Origin: an uncultured Acidimicrobiales bacterium
GTDB lineage: Bacteria; Actinomycetota; Acidimicrobiia; Acidimicrobiales; VFJN01
DNA: 64,000 nt
Assembly (NCBI GenBank): GCA_963842015.1
Contig: CAWJFG010000020.1
Span: forward strand, 5,424-69,423
Reading direction: 5' to 3'
Shown here: positions 29,459 to 39,021 of the stretch, one piece after another
How the letters are laid out: the number at the start of each line of letters is the position of its first letter
How positions within the stretch are numbered: position 1 is the first letter of the stretch
The notes under the pieces: generated by a model
What the model was told of the DNA's origin: nothing
The model's database searches: none
Seen by the model: only the letters and a program-made list of their open reading frames with translations
Translations under genes and position numbers: made by a program

Positions 29459-30681
29459 GGCAGGTCGGCCTCGACGACGAAGTCACCGGAAGCGTCTGGT
29501 CCGTGCACCAGGACGCCATTGGCCAAGGTCACTCGCTCCTGCAGACCAAGGAGGCCCGTGCCGGAACCCGGCGGAGCCGGACGGTCGTGGGCGCCCACTG
29601 CGGGTGGGTTTCGAACCCATACGTGCAGGCCGCGGTTCGGCGCCCCCGCCACCCGAACCTGGGCGAGGGTGCCGCGAGCGTGCTTGCTGATGTTGGTCAG
29701 CGCTTCCTGCACGATGCGGTATGCGTCGCGACCCAAGGCGCCGGGTGCGGCAGCTGCACCGTCCACCTGCATCTCGAAGTCGATCTTTGCGCCGGAGCGG
29801 CGAGTCTCCTCCACCAAGCGTGGAATGTCAGCCAGCGTCGGTTGTGGCACCGTCGACGGCCGCTCCTGCCCCGGCTCCTCCCGCAGCACGCCGATCACGT
29901 CCCGCAGCTCTTCCAGCGCTTGGTGGGCCGTCAACCGCAACAGCGCTGCGCTCTCCCGCACCTGGGCGGGAGGCAGGTCGAGTGCGACCTCGAGCGCCCC
30001 GGCGTGCAGCGCCACCAGGGAGATGCGGTGGGCGAGCACGTCGTGCATCTCCCGTGCGATGCGCGTCCGCTCGGCCAGGCGCGCACGTTCGACGCGGACG
30101 AGCTGATCAGCCTCGGCCCGTTGGGCACGGTCGCGCAGGGTGGAGAGGAGCTGACGCCGGGCGCGGACGAACATGCCCCATGCGGTTGCGGCGGCGGCAA
30201 GCGCCGCCGTCGGCAGCATCACCGACCAGGTATTGGTCCGCCCGAGCCAGATCGAGCACACCACTGCGGACGGAACGAACAGCGCGGCGACGAGCAGGGC
30301 GGGCCGGACGTGGCGGTGGACAGCCAGCGAGGACAGTGCGAGCAGGCCGGCCACCGTGCCAAACGTCGAGAATGCGCCCAACAGGACGCAAACCAGCGCC
30401 ACACCGAGCGGCCAGCGCCGCCGCCACCACAGTGAGATGCAGCAAAGGGCTCCGAACGCGGCGTCGGTGGCCACCCGCCCCGAGGCCATCCGATTGGCGG
30501 CGTCATCCACGGTGACGCTCAGGATGAGAGCGCCGAGAGCGGCGGCGATGACGAAGGCACCGGCGTCGACGGACCAATCGCGCGCAGTCCTGGGCGCCAC
30601 CTTGTCGGGATGAGCCGAGTCGCTCGGTGCCAGCATCGCCGTGGGGCCGGTCTGAGCCCACCATCTGCGAAGCCAGGACAT
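29452..30681 (-). CDS. Membrane sensor histidine kinase (HisKA_3 type)
   Basis: 'ERTRIAREMHDVLAH', 'YRIVQEALTN', 'GTGLLGLQER'. Confidence 0.9.
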   Translation of the reverse strand: MSWLRRWWAQTGPTAMLAPSDSAHPDKVAPRTARDWSVDAGAFVIAAALGALILSVTVDDAANRMASGRVATDAAFGALCCISLWWRRRWPLGVALVCVLLGAFSTFGTVAGLLALSSLAVHRHVRPALLVAALFVPSAVVCSIWLGRTNTWSVMLPTAALAAAATAWGMFVRARRQLLSTLRDRAQRAEADQLVRVERARLAERTRIAREMHDVLAHRISLVALHAGALEVALDLPPAQVRESAALLRLTAHQALEELRDVIGVLREEPGQERPSTVPQPTLADIPRLVEETRRSGAKIDFEMQVDGAAAAPGALGRDAYRIVQEALTNISKHARGTLAQVRVAGAPNRGLHVWVRNPPAVGAHDRPAPPGSGTGLLGLQERVTLANGVLVHGPDASGDFVVEADLPW

Positions 30682-30842
30682 AGTTCGAGCGTACGGCTCA
30701 GGGCCCCCGTGCAACATCGACGAAAGTCGACACTGCAACCAACGAAAGGCGCGAAGTCGGAAGTGGCCGGGCGTCCCTTCGGACATCGGATCGTGGCCGT
30801 CCGCCCGATGCGGCGGCGCACCGGGCGGTTCAGGGTGGCCAC

Positions 30843-31760
30843 ATGATCACGACAACCGCTCTCACCAAGAGCTACAAGAAGGTTCCGGTCGTCCGCGACG
30901 TCTCGTTGCGCTGCGAAGCCGGGACCATCACCGGTTTCCTCGGGGCCAACGGCGCCGGGAAGTCCACCACGCTGAAGATGATCGTCGGGCTGGTGCGACC
31001 CGATCGCGGTACGGCGACCATCGACGGCCGACCGTTCGTCGAGCTGCCCAACCCGACGCGCGTGGTCGGGACGCTGCTCGACGCGTCTGCGATGCATCCC
31101 GGGCGTAGTGGCCGGGCGACGCTCACGATCGCAGCGCGGCTGGCAGCCGTTCACACGAGGCGGGTCGAGCACATGTTGGACCTCGTCGGGATTGCCGATG
31201 CGGCGGAGAAGCGGGTCGGGACCTACTCACTTGGCATGCGCCAGCGCCTCGGCGTCGCCCAGGCGCTCGTTGGTGATCCGGCTGCGTTGATCCTCGATGA
31301 ACCGGCGAACGGGCTCGATCCCGAGGGCATCGCCTGGATGCGAACGCTCCTGCGCGACTTCGCCGACCGTGGCGGCACGGTGCTGTTGTCGAGTCACCTG
31401 CTCCCCGAGGTGCAGGCCACCGCTGATCATCTCGTCGTCATCTCCGACGGTGCCGTGGTGGCTGCCGGTCGGCTGGACGATCTGCTTGCCAGCTCCACGA
31501 TCCTCGTGCGCAGCCCCGACCCCGGTGCACTTGCCGCGGCGCTCCAGGTTGCGCGGATCGACTACGTCGCCGGGCCGGGAGATGCGCTCACCGTGGACGT
31601 CTCCGGAGGTCGGGTCACGACCGAGGTGCTGGCGGGGGTCGCCCGCGACCACCAGGTGCTGCTCACCGAGTTGCGTCAGTCCGAGACAAACGGGCTGGAA
31701 CAGCTGTTCTTCTCTCTCACCGCCGCCAAGGCGGCTCCGCCCCAGGAGGCTGCAGCATGA
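30843..31760 (+). CDS. ABC transporter ATP-binding protein
   Basis: 'GANGAGKST', 'YSLGMRQR', 'LILDEP'. Confidence 0.92.
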   Translation: MITTTALTKSYKKVPVVRDVSLRCEAGTITGFLGANGAGKSTTLKMIVGLVRPDRGTATIDGRPFVELPNPTRVVGTLLDASAMHPGRSGRATLTIAARLAAVHTRRVEHMLDLVGIADAAEKRVGTYSLGMRQRLGVAQALVGDPAALILDEPANGLDPEGIAWMRTLLRDFADRGGTVLLSSHLLPEVQATADHLVVISDGAVVAAGRLDDLLASSTILVRSPDPGALAAALQVARIDYVAGPGDALTVDVSGGRVTTEVLAGVARDHQVLLTELRQSETNGLEQLFFSLTAAKAAPPQEAAA

Positions 31761-32536
31761 CCACGTCACTCTCCCCCCGAACCCTCGGCATCGACGCGGC
31801 ACCGTCGGCCCCAGGACCTATCCCGTTCTCACGGCTTGTCCGGGTCGAGTGGGCCAAGGCCACCGATACCCGCGCTGCCCGCTGGCTCCTCGCTCTCTTA
31901 GCCCTGTCGACCGCTGGGATGATGCTGGTGCCGGTCCTCGCCCCAACGACCTTCGATCAGACCTACGCGAGCTACCTCCGCGTTGCCGCTCTCGGGCTGA
32001 CGATCCTCCTGCCCGTGGTGGCGATCCTGATGCTCACCGGCGAATGGAGCCAACGCAGCGTCATGACCACGTTCACCCAGGAACCGCGACGCATCCGAGT
32101 CCTGAACGCCAAGCTGGCGGTGTCGATGGTGCTGGGTGGTGGCGCTGCAGTCTTCGGCGGAGTGGTCACCGCCGCCGGCCTCGGGCTGGCGGCGGCCTCG
32201 GGCCGCGCCCTGGAGGCAAACCTGACCGTCGGCGCCATCACCGGCTATCTGCTCTTCGTGCTCCTCAATGTCCTCGCCGGCGTCGCGCTCGGGGCGCTGC
32301 TGCAGAGCTCGGCGACTGCCATCGCCGCCTCCTTCGCTCTCCCCGCCGCCTTTGCTGTACTCGGCACGACATCGACGCTGGTGTCGGACTGGATCGACAT
32401 GTCCACAACCTGGAACTGGGTGCTCGAGAACGACTGGGCTGGTCACGTGCCGCAGATCTCGTTCTCGATCGTCTTCTGGGTGGCGGTCCCGCTCGCCGCC
32501 GGTGTCGTTCGGACGATACGTCGCGACGTCGGGTAG
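31757..32536 (+). CDS. ABC-2 type permease
   Basis: About six TM helices, 'GEWSQRS..TF..EPRR', C-terminal 'RRDV'. Confidence 0.85.
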   Translation: MTTSLSPRTLGIDAAPSAPGPIPFSRLVRVEWAKATDTRAARWLLALLALSTAGMMLVPVLAPTTFDQTYASYLRVAALGLTILLPVVAILMLTGEWSQRSVMTTFTQEPRRIRVLNAKLAVSMVLGGGAAVFGGVVTAAGLGLAAASGRALEANLTVGAITGYLLFVLLNVLAGVALGALLQSSATAIAASFALPAAFAVLGTTSTLVSDWIDMSTTWNWVLENDWAGHVPQISFSIVFWVAVPLAAGVVRTIRRDVG

Positions 32537-32782
32537 TTGGCTCGGCCGGGCCTGGTTGATCAAGATGCCTCCGTCGCCTCTGAACCCGGCTCGTTCTTTA
32601 GCGCAGTGAATGCGCTTCCGCACGGAGCTCAACGAAACGAATCCCGCGCCGCCCTTCTCGCCTGGAGCGGCGACGTGATCATCGGGTTCGTGTCACGGAG
32701 TTGTCACGGCGACGGTCTCGCCTTTGGCCAACTCGCGCATACGAATGGTGGGTGCCGGCGAAGTGTGGTCTGACCTGCGGTA

Positions 32783-32810
32783 GTGGCGGGGGTAGGAGTT
32801 GAACCTACGA
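32783..32810 (-). other. Possible 3' fragment of a tRNA (T-arm plus acceptor), att-like scar
   Basis: Minus strand TCGTAGGTTCAACTCCTACCCCCGCCAC forms stem GTAGG/CCTAC around a TTCAACT loop; no 5' half seen. Confidence 0.5.
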
Positions 32811-32992
32811 GTAGCGCCACTGACGCCGAGCAGACATCTGACCCTCTGCTCGGGAGTAGATGCGCGGCGCAGCTACTCCGATTGGTCCCCAACTCGCGCG
32901 GTCTACCGTTTCTCAGTGGGATCGCTAGCAGCGGGCTAAGAGAGTACGCCCAGGCGGGGAGCGGGGGTTCGCGCGCGTAACGACGCTGCCAT

Positions 32993-33162
32993 CTGCTGAC
33001 ATCGCTTGTCGCAATTCACTGACACCGCTGTCGTTTTCCACTGACAGAACCGTGTCGTTTTCACTGACATCCACGTGTCGCTGCACAACAGCTGTGCAGC
33101 GACACGAAACTGACAGTGAAAACGACCGCGACTGTCAGTGGAAAAGCGACAGCGACTGTCAG
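32993..33162. mobile_element. Best-preserved junction: End B (32993-33087, four repeats), 5-bp spacer ACAGC, End A (33093-33162, three repeats)
   Basis: ..CCACGTGTCGCTGCACA-ACAGC-TGTGCAGCGACACGAAAC..; repeats spaced 22-24 bp. Confidence 0.88.
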
Positions 33163-33167
33163 AGTCG

Positions 33168-33365
33168 GACGGTCGCATTCTGGCGACCGGCACGCTGGCG
33201 ACCGGTGACCCAGGGCAGGGCCGCATCCTCCGCGTGGCCGTTGACCGCCGGCACCGCCGCCAGGGCCTTGGCCGCCTCGTCGTCGCCGAGCTCGTGGGCG
33301 CGCTCGCGGGAAACGAGGGACTCGCCGACGGGGTGTTGGCCATTCAAGTTAGGAGGCTTCGATGA
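33168..33365 (+). pseudogene. GNAT acetyltransferase internal fragment
   Basis: 'GRILRVAVDRRHRRQGLGRLVV' directly after End A. Confidence 0.55.
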
Positions 33366-33792
33366 TCCGCTTGAGCTGGTTCAGATTGTCCCGCATGCCC
33401 CGCTTGAAGAGCTGCGTCGCTAGCTCATCGAGGTGACCCATCGGTCCCGGGAGGCCGGCGCTGCTGATTGACCCGTCGAGGGTGAGACGCGTTCCCTGGC
33501 TGGTCGGCTCGAGCGCGTAGCGATACCGGAACGGGGTTGGCCCACTGAGGCTCTCCAACGTGACGAGCCGATCGGGCTGGTGATCGGTGAGCTCGACGTC
33601 GTTGTGGACTTGACCGCCTGGCAGCGAACGCGTGACGTCGTAGCGCGCGCCGGGGCCGCTTGGCCCGTTCGTCGTCCTGGCGACATGGTCGACTGCGTCG
33701 TACCACAGCGGCATGTTGTGGGGTTCGGCGACGAAGGCGAACACCTCGTCGGGGGGACGGCTGATGTCGACGGTGGTGTGAAATGTGCCCAT
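33349..33792 (-). CDS. SRPBCC / polyketide cyclase-like protein
   Basis: 'VDISRPPDEVFAFVAEPHNMPLW', 'NLNQLKRIIE'. Confidence 0.85.
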   Translation of the reverse strand: MGTFHTTVDISRPPDEVFAFVAEPHNMPLWYDAVDHVARTTNGPSGPGARYDVTRSLPGGQVHNDVELTDHQPDRLVTLESLSGPTPFRYRYALEPTSQGTRLTLDGSISSAGLPGPMGHLDELATQLFKRGMRDNLNQLKRIIEAS

Positions 33793-33831
33793 GCTCGTGT
33801 CTCCTTTGTGAACGTGTTTGGTTTGTGGAGT

Positions 33832-34698
33832 TCACGGGGCGGCTGGTTGGGCGACCGCGTCGAGAAGCCCGGCGGCCGCGGGGTCGTGGGCGGCGAGGAT
33901 CTGGAGTCCGGGGTTGTTCGCCCGCAGCTCGAGCACCTTGTCGCGTGTCTTGCGAAGCTGGTTTCGGCTGCCGACGCCTCCGGTTCGGCCGCGTTCGAAG
34001 GCGTGGATGTCGTAGGTCAGATCGCCCACGAGCAAGAGGGGCACCGTTTCACGGCGGCGAACCAGCATGGACATCGAGCCGTGGGTGTGTCCCGGGGTGG
34101 GGAGCAGGACGAGCGAGCCGTCGCCGAACAGGTCACGTCCGGTCGTGAAGGGCGCCAGCGATGGGTCCTCGAGTGGGGTGAGCTCCACGGGCGACCATCG
34201 CAGACCTGGCACGTCGATGTGGTCGCGGAGGAAGCCTCGTGCTTCGGCCATCGGCCGGTGGAGGGACCGCCATTCCTCGGCGGACACCAAGAGGTCTGCG
34301 TCGGGGATCTCGCGTACGCCGCCGATGTGGTCTTGGTGGAGATGGGAGATCACCGCGGTGGCCACGTCCTGGGGGTGGTAGCCGACCCGCGCCAGGCCGG
34401 CGGTGAGGGTCTCGTCGTCGCTGATGTGGAATCGGGCGAGGCGGCGGTAGATCAGCCCGTTGGGGCCGTCGGGGAAGTAGCGGGGGTCGGTGACCGAGGC
34501 TCGGTCCTGGCCGGTGTCGAAAAGCACGATCCCGTCGGTGTGCTCGATGACATAGACGTTGATCGGGCGGCCGGTCAGCCACCGTCGCGACGTGAGGATC
34601 CACCAGTACATCGGTGAGCGTCCCCGGTGGGCGTGCTCGGGGTGGATGTCGACGGTGCCAGTGCTGAACCTGGCGACGCGCGTGATGGGGGTTGGCAT
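33832..34698 (-). CDS. Metallo-beta-lactamase-fold hydrolase, N-acyl-homoserine lactonase family
   Basis: 'FDTG', 'SHLHQDHIGG', 'TPGHTHG', 'GD', 'AHD'. Confidence 0.85.
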   Translation of the reverse strand: MPTPITRVARFSTGTVDIHPEHAHRGRSPMYWWILTSRRWLTGRPINVYVIEHTDGIVLFDTGQDRASVTDPRYFPDGPNGLIYRRLARFHISDDETLTAGLARVGYHPQDVATAVISHLHQDHIGGVREIPDADLLVSAEEWRSLHRPMAEARGFLRDHIDVPGLRWSPVELTPLEDPSLAPFTTGRDLFGDGSLVLLPTPGHTHGSMSMLVRRRETVPLLLVGDLTYDIHAFERGRTGGVGSRNQLRKTRDKVLELRANNPGLQILAAHDPAAAGLLDAVAQPAAP

Positions 34699-34717
34699 GG
34701 GGTCTCCTCGCCAGTGT

Positions 34718-34759
34718 TAGCGTATTGGATACGCTAGCGATAGCGTATGAGGTACGCAA
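34718..34759. promoter_or_regulatory. Two palindromic TetR operators
   Basis: TAGCGTA-N5-TACGCTA and TAGCGTA-N5-TACGCAA between divergent genes. Confidence 0.7.
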
Positions 34760-34777
34760 CCGAGATCGGGAGGCGAG

Positions 34778-35464
34778 ATGCCCAACAAGCGTCAGGCCAC
34801 GACCGCGGCGAGCCGACGAGCGAGCCGGGTGCCCCGCAACACGCTGTCGCGCGACCGCATCGTCGACGCCGCCCTGGCGTTGCTCGACGCGGAGGGATTC
34901 GACGCGGTCACGATGCCGTCGCTCGCCAAGCGCCTGGGCGTGGGAACCATGTCGCTATACCGGCACGTGGCGGACAAGGACGACCTCATCAACGCGGTCG
35001 GCGAGCGGGTGCTGAGCGGCGTGGCCGTGCCCGACGGAGACCCGCTCGACTGGGAAGGCCGCGTGGTCGGCTACCTGCGAGCCCTGCGGGACGCGGCAAT
35101 CGCCCATCCCGCGCTGTCACGGATCCTCGCCCAACGAGGGCTCACGGTAGGGCCCGTCTTCGAGCAACTCGAGGCCGTCCACGCCATCCTGCGGGCCGCC
35201 GGCTTCTCCGACCTCGACGCCGTCCGAACCTTCTACACGCTGCTCAGCTACGTCTTCGGCTTCATTGCCTGGGAGCTGCCCCGCGTTCACCAACAGCCCG
35301 CCGCGGCCTACACAGCAGCCTGGAACGACGCCCTCGATCGCCTCGACCCCTCCGCCTACCCAAACCTCCACGCCCTTCGTCCACAACTCACCACCGTCGC
35401 ATCGCCGGAGCAGTTTGAGTACGGACTCAGGCACCTCGTCCGCTCGCTACGCGCCCAGGACTGA
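34778..35464 (+). CDS. TetR-family regulator with TetR_C domain
   Basis: 'LSRDRIVDAAL..LGVGTMSLYRHVADK', 'FEYGL'. Confidence 0.9.
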   Translation: MPNKRQATTAASRRASRVPRNTLSRDRIVDAALALLDAEGFDAVTMPSLAKRLGVGTMSLYRHVADKDDLINAVGERVLSGVAVPDGDPLDWEGRVVGYLRALRDAAIAHPALSRILAQRGLTVGPVFEQLEAVHAILRAAGFSDLDAVRTFYTLLSYVFGFIAWELPRVHQQPAAAYTAAWNDALDRLDPSAYPNLHALRPQLTTVASPEQFEYGLRHLVRSLRAQD

Positions 35465-35811
35465 TCGGTGCCGCCTGGCTGTGGTGGAGAGGCTGGGTCC
35501 GAGCGGCTTCCGGGTGAGCACACGACCACGGCCCGGTCGAACGTGTAGGTCCCGGCCACGAACTCGGCGATTGGGTCGCTCGGGGGCAGGAGGGTGCGCA
35601 CGCCGTCGGGCGCCTCGTGCATCACGTCGGCGAACGGCCCGAACGGACGAGGACCAGCGGCCGACGACGACGCGATCTCCCGAGGTCGTGCCGAAGCCGG
35701 CGATCTCGCCACGGAAGCGGAGGGAGCGTCGAGCGGCCACGGTCGAGGGCTACCCGTCCGCCGGGGTCCCGCAACGTCGTGGCGGCCGCCGGCGCCCTAA
35801 CCTCCGGTCCG

Positions 35812-37149
35812 GTGACCTCGCTGTTCGAGCCGTACGTGCAGCTCGTCGACGTCACGGCGACGGCCGCCCTGGTCGCCTGGGGCGGGTTCGTCCTCGAGGA
35901 GCACGGCGGCTCGTGGCGGGCCCGGCGCACGGGTGAGACGTTCGGGGTCCGCTCGGTCCCGATCGGTCGGGCCGCGGTCGAGGTGCTCGACGGCGACGGG
36001 GCCGTCGTGGCCCGGGAGGCCACCGACGACGCCAACCACGTGTGGGTCGAGGGCCTCCGACCGTCGACCACGTACCGCTACCGCGTCCTTGTCGACGGCA
36101 AGCGGTGGGGCGAGGCCGACCGGCACGACTGGGCGCCCGGCGACCTCGCGGCGGCCACCCGCGCCCTCGACCTGCGCCTGCGCACCCACGCCGCGGCCGA
36201 CGACCCCGACCCGGTCACCTTCCTGGCCGTGGGCGACACCGGCGTGGGCATCGCTTCCGGCGACGACGGGATCCGCCAGCTGGCGGTGGCTCGCACCATG
36301 CAGCGCCTGGCCGACGCCTTCGACGTGCGCTTCGTGGTCACGCTGGGCGACACGATCTACCACGGGCCCGGCGGACGCACCGACCACAGCGGCGCCCACG
36401 ACGACGACTGGTGGCTCACCTACTTCCAGCCGTACCGCTACCTGATCGACCACCTGGCCTTCTACCCGACGGCCGGCAACCACGACGGGTCCGACGAGGA
36501 GGCCGCCGACGACCGCGGCCAGCTCGAGGACAACCTCTACCTGACCACCCGGTTCGCCCCCCGGGCCGAGGCCGGCCGCGCCTCGCTCGGGCCGGGGTTG
36601 TTCTACCGCCTGCAGGTGGGCGCGCTCCTCGAGCTGCTGTGCGTCGACACGACGTGGGGCGCCGAGCGAGGCGAGCACTGGTTCGACGATCCCGACCACA
36701 GCGCCTGGCTCGACGACGCGCTCGCGTCGGGCGGGGACGTCACGTGGCGGGTGCCGTTCTGCCACCATCCCGCCTGGTCGGCCGGCCCCCACCACGAGAG
36801 CATGCAGGCGCAGATCGAGCGGCTCGTGCCGCGCTACCGGCGGGGCGGTGCCCGCCTCGTGCTGCACGGGCACGAGCACAACTTCCAGCACGGGTGCCTC
36901 GACGACCTCGACTACGTCGTCTCGGGGGCGGGCGGAAAGGTCGATACCCGACCCCCGCCGCGCACCGACGAGGCGGGCACGCTGTCCTGGGCGGCCGCAC
37001 CGCATTGCCTGCTCGTGCAGGTCGCCCCCGAGGCGCTGACGATCGTGCCCTTCGCCGCCACACCTCCGGGCGGACGGCCGGTGCCGCTGGTGCGCCACCG
37101 CCCCGACGGCTCGCCGACCGACGACCCGATCGTGATCCGGCGACATTGA
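35812..37149 (+). CDS. Metallophosphoesterase (purple acid phosphatase-like)
   Basis: 'GDTG', 'GDTIY', 'GNHD', 'HH', 'GHEH'. Confidence 0.85.
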   Translation: MTSLFEPYVQLVDVTATAALVAWGGFVLEEHGGSWRARRTGETFGVRSVPIGRAAVEVLDGDGAVVAREATDDANHVWVEGLRPSTTYRYRVLVDGKRWGEADRHDWAPGDLAAATRALDLRLRTHAAADDPDPVTFLAVGDTGVGIASGDDGIRQLAVARTMQRLADAFDVRFVVTLGDTIYHGPGGRTDHSGAHDDDWWLTYFQPYRYLIDHLAFYPTAGNHDGSDEEAADDRGQLEDNLYLTTRFAPRAEAGRASLGPGLFYRLQVGALLELLCVDTTWGAERGEHWFDDPDHSAWLDDALASGGDVTWRVPFCHHPAWSAGPHHESMQAQIERLVPRYRRGGARLVLHGHEHNFQHGCLDDLDYVVSGAGGKVDTRPPPRTDEAGTLSWAAAPHCLLVQVAPEALTIVPFAATPPGGRPVPLVRHRPDGSPTDDPIVIRRH

Positions 37150-37288
37150 CGGACGAGCAGGGCTGCGACGCGTTCCCACCGTGTCGAGCGGGTATGCCAG
37201 GGCGGTGACAGCGAGTGGCTCCCGGACGTCGGTGACCCAGGCGGCGCGACTCGAGAGGCGCCAGGCCGCGCTCGGGCGGCGCGTGTCC

Positions 37289-38149
37289 ATGTCGCCGCCG
37301 GGGCCGGCCCCCGATCGCTTGCGGGTGGCCTCGTGGAACCTGAACTCGCTCCGAGTGAGGGTCGGCGCCGTCGACCGGTTCCTCGAGCGGGCCTGTCCGG
37401 ACGTGCTCTGCCTTCAGGAGACCAAGACCGGGCAGCTGTCCGAGCCGGCGGTCTCGATGTTCGAGCGGCACGGCTACACCGCGGTTCACGTGGGCGGGCG
37501 GTCGTACAACGGCGTGGCGGTGGTGGCGCGCCACCCCATCGCTGACGTCCAGGCGTCCGGTGCGCTCGGTGACGAGCACCTCGACAGCGAGCCGCGGATC
37601 ATCACGTGCCTGGTCGACGCTCCGGTGCCGGTGCGGGTGGCGTCGGTGTACGTCCCACACGGTCGGGCCGTCGACCACTGGCACTACGACTTCAAGCTGG
37701 GCTTCCTCGACGCCCTGGCCGAGCGGGTCCGGCAGTGGCTGCTCGACGATGCGCACCTGCTCGTCGCCGGCGACGTCAACGTCGCGGCGTCGGACAGCGA
37801 CGTGTTCCACCCGGATGCCTTCACCGGTTCCGTGTACGTGACGCCGCGAGTGCGGGATGCGCTCACCCGGATGCTCGATGCCGGCCTCGTCGATGTCGAC
37901 GTCGCCCGGTGGGGCCCGCAGGCCGGGCGGTTCACGTGGTGGGACCTCGGCATCGGGTACGCGCGCGACCTGGGCATGCGTCTCGACGTCATTGCGGCCG
38001 ATCGGGCGCTGGCGGCCCGCCTGGACACGACGTGGATCGACCACGTCGAGCGATCGCTGCCCCGGCCGTCCGACCACGCGGCGCTGGTTGCCGACTTCAA
38101 TCTCGCCGAGGGCCAAACCGACGGCGCAGCGACACAAGACCGACGGTGA
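37289..38149 (+). CDS. xth: Exodeoxyribonuclease III family AP endonuclease
   Basis: 'SWNLNS', 'LQETK', 'YNGVA', 'GDVN', 'FTWWD', 'SDHA'. Confidence 0.85.
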   Translation: MSPPGPAPDRLRVASWNLNSLRVRVGAVDRFLERACPDVLCLQETKTGQLSEPAVSMFERHGYTAVHVGGRSYNGVAVVARHPIADVQASGALGDEHLDSEPRIITCLVDAPVPVRVASVYVPHGRAVDHWHYDFKLGFLDALAERVRQWLLDDAHLLVAGDVNVAASDSDVFHPDAFTGSVYVTPRVRDALTRMLDAGLVDVDVARWGPQAGRFTWWDLGIGYARDLGMRLDVIAADRALAARLDTTWIDHVERSLPRPSDHAALVADFNLAEGQTDGAATQDRR

Positions 38150-38172
38150 ACGACAGTGGGATGTCAGCGAAC
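38123..38172 (+). repeat. Degenerate End A overlapping the xth 3' end
   Basis: GGCGCAGCGACACAAGACCGACGGTGAACGACAGTGGGATGTCAGCGAAC. Confidence 0.65.
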
Positions 38173-38268
38173 GTCGGTCATCGTCGCGGCGGCCGCGATG
38201 GGCAATCTCGGCACCCCGCTGGCTGATCTCCGAACGCGACGTGTCGGGCGACGTGACACCCTTCGCCC

Positions 38269-38535
38269 ATGTCCTTGGCCACGAGCGAGCACGAGCGGCA
38301 GGAGTTCCTCGCCGCTGTCCACGTCGGCGTCATCTCGATCGAGCGAGCCGACGGCCCGCCGCTCACCGTCCCGATCTGGTACGGCTACGAGCCCGGGGGG
38401 CTCGTGTGGATCATCACCGCCGCCGAATCCCTCAAGGGAAGGCTGTTGAACGCCGCCCGGCGCTTCAGCCTCTGCGCGCAGACGGAGGAGCCGCCCTTCT
38501 ACAAGTACGTCAGCGTCGAGGGACCGATCGTCGAC
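38269..38535 (+). pseudogene. PPOX-like gene truncated at transposon ends
   Basis: 'ERQEFLA..HVGVISI..PLTVPIWY..YKYVSVEGP' runs into an End B remnant at 38536. Confidence 0.75.
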
Positions 38536-38598
38536 TCGTTTTCCACTGTGTGCAGCGACACGAAAACGACAGTGAAAACGACACGGGTGTCAGCGAAC
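38536..38598. mobile_element. End B remnant (38536-38548) abutting End A (38549-38598)
   Basis: TCGTTTTCCACTG|TGTGCAGCGACACGAAAACGACAGTGAAAACGACACGGGTGTCAGCGAAC. Confidence 0.8.
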
Positions 38599-39021
38599 CG
38601 GCGTTCGTGAGCACCTCGATGATGGGGGAGCGCGGGTCCGCTGCGCGAATTCCTCGTCGCACTCCGCCCTACGACGACGACGATCAGTGTCTGCCCGGGT
38701 CCCAGAACGGCACGTGAGGGACACTGGCGGATGATGACCGAAGCCCGGTGGGCGCTCGGACGCCGCGTCGTCGTCACCTGCGTTAGCCGGGTCGTGGAGC
38801 ACGTTCGCGGTCGCTCGCCGGGTCATCGAGTTCTGGGGTTCGTAGGAGGTTCGACCTCGTGGTCGGCTCGGGCATCGTGTTCGAGGACCGGGGCGTCCAC
38901 GTGCTGCGGGGCGTGCCCGAGGACTGGCAGCGCTACAACCCAGCCATCCAGCATTCCCATCGCACCGCGGCGTGCGATCTGATGAGTACCGTCCCGTTCC
39001 TCTACGACAGGGGGAGAGGAC

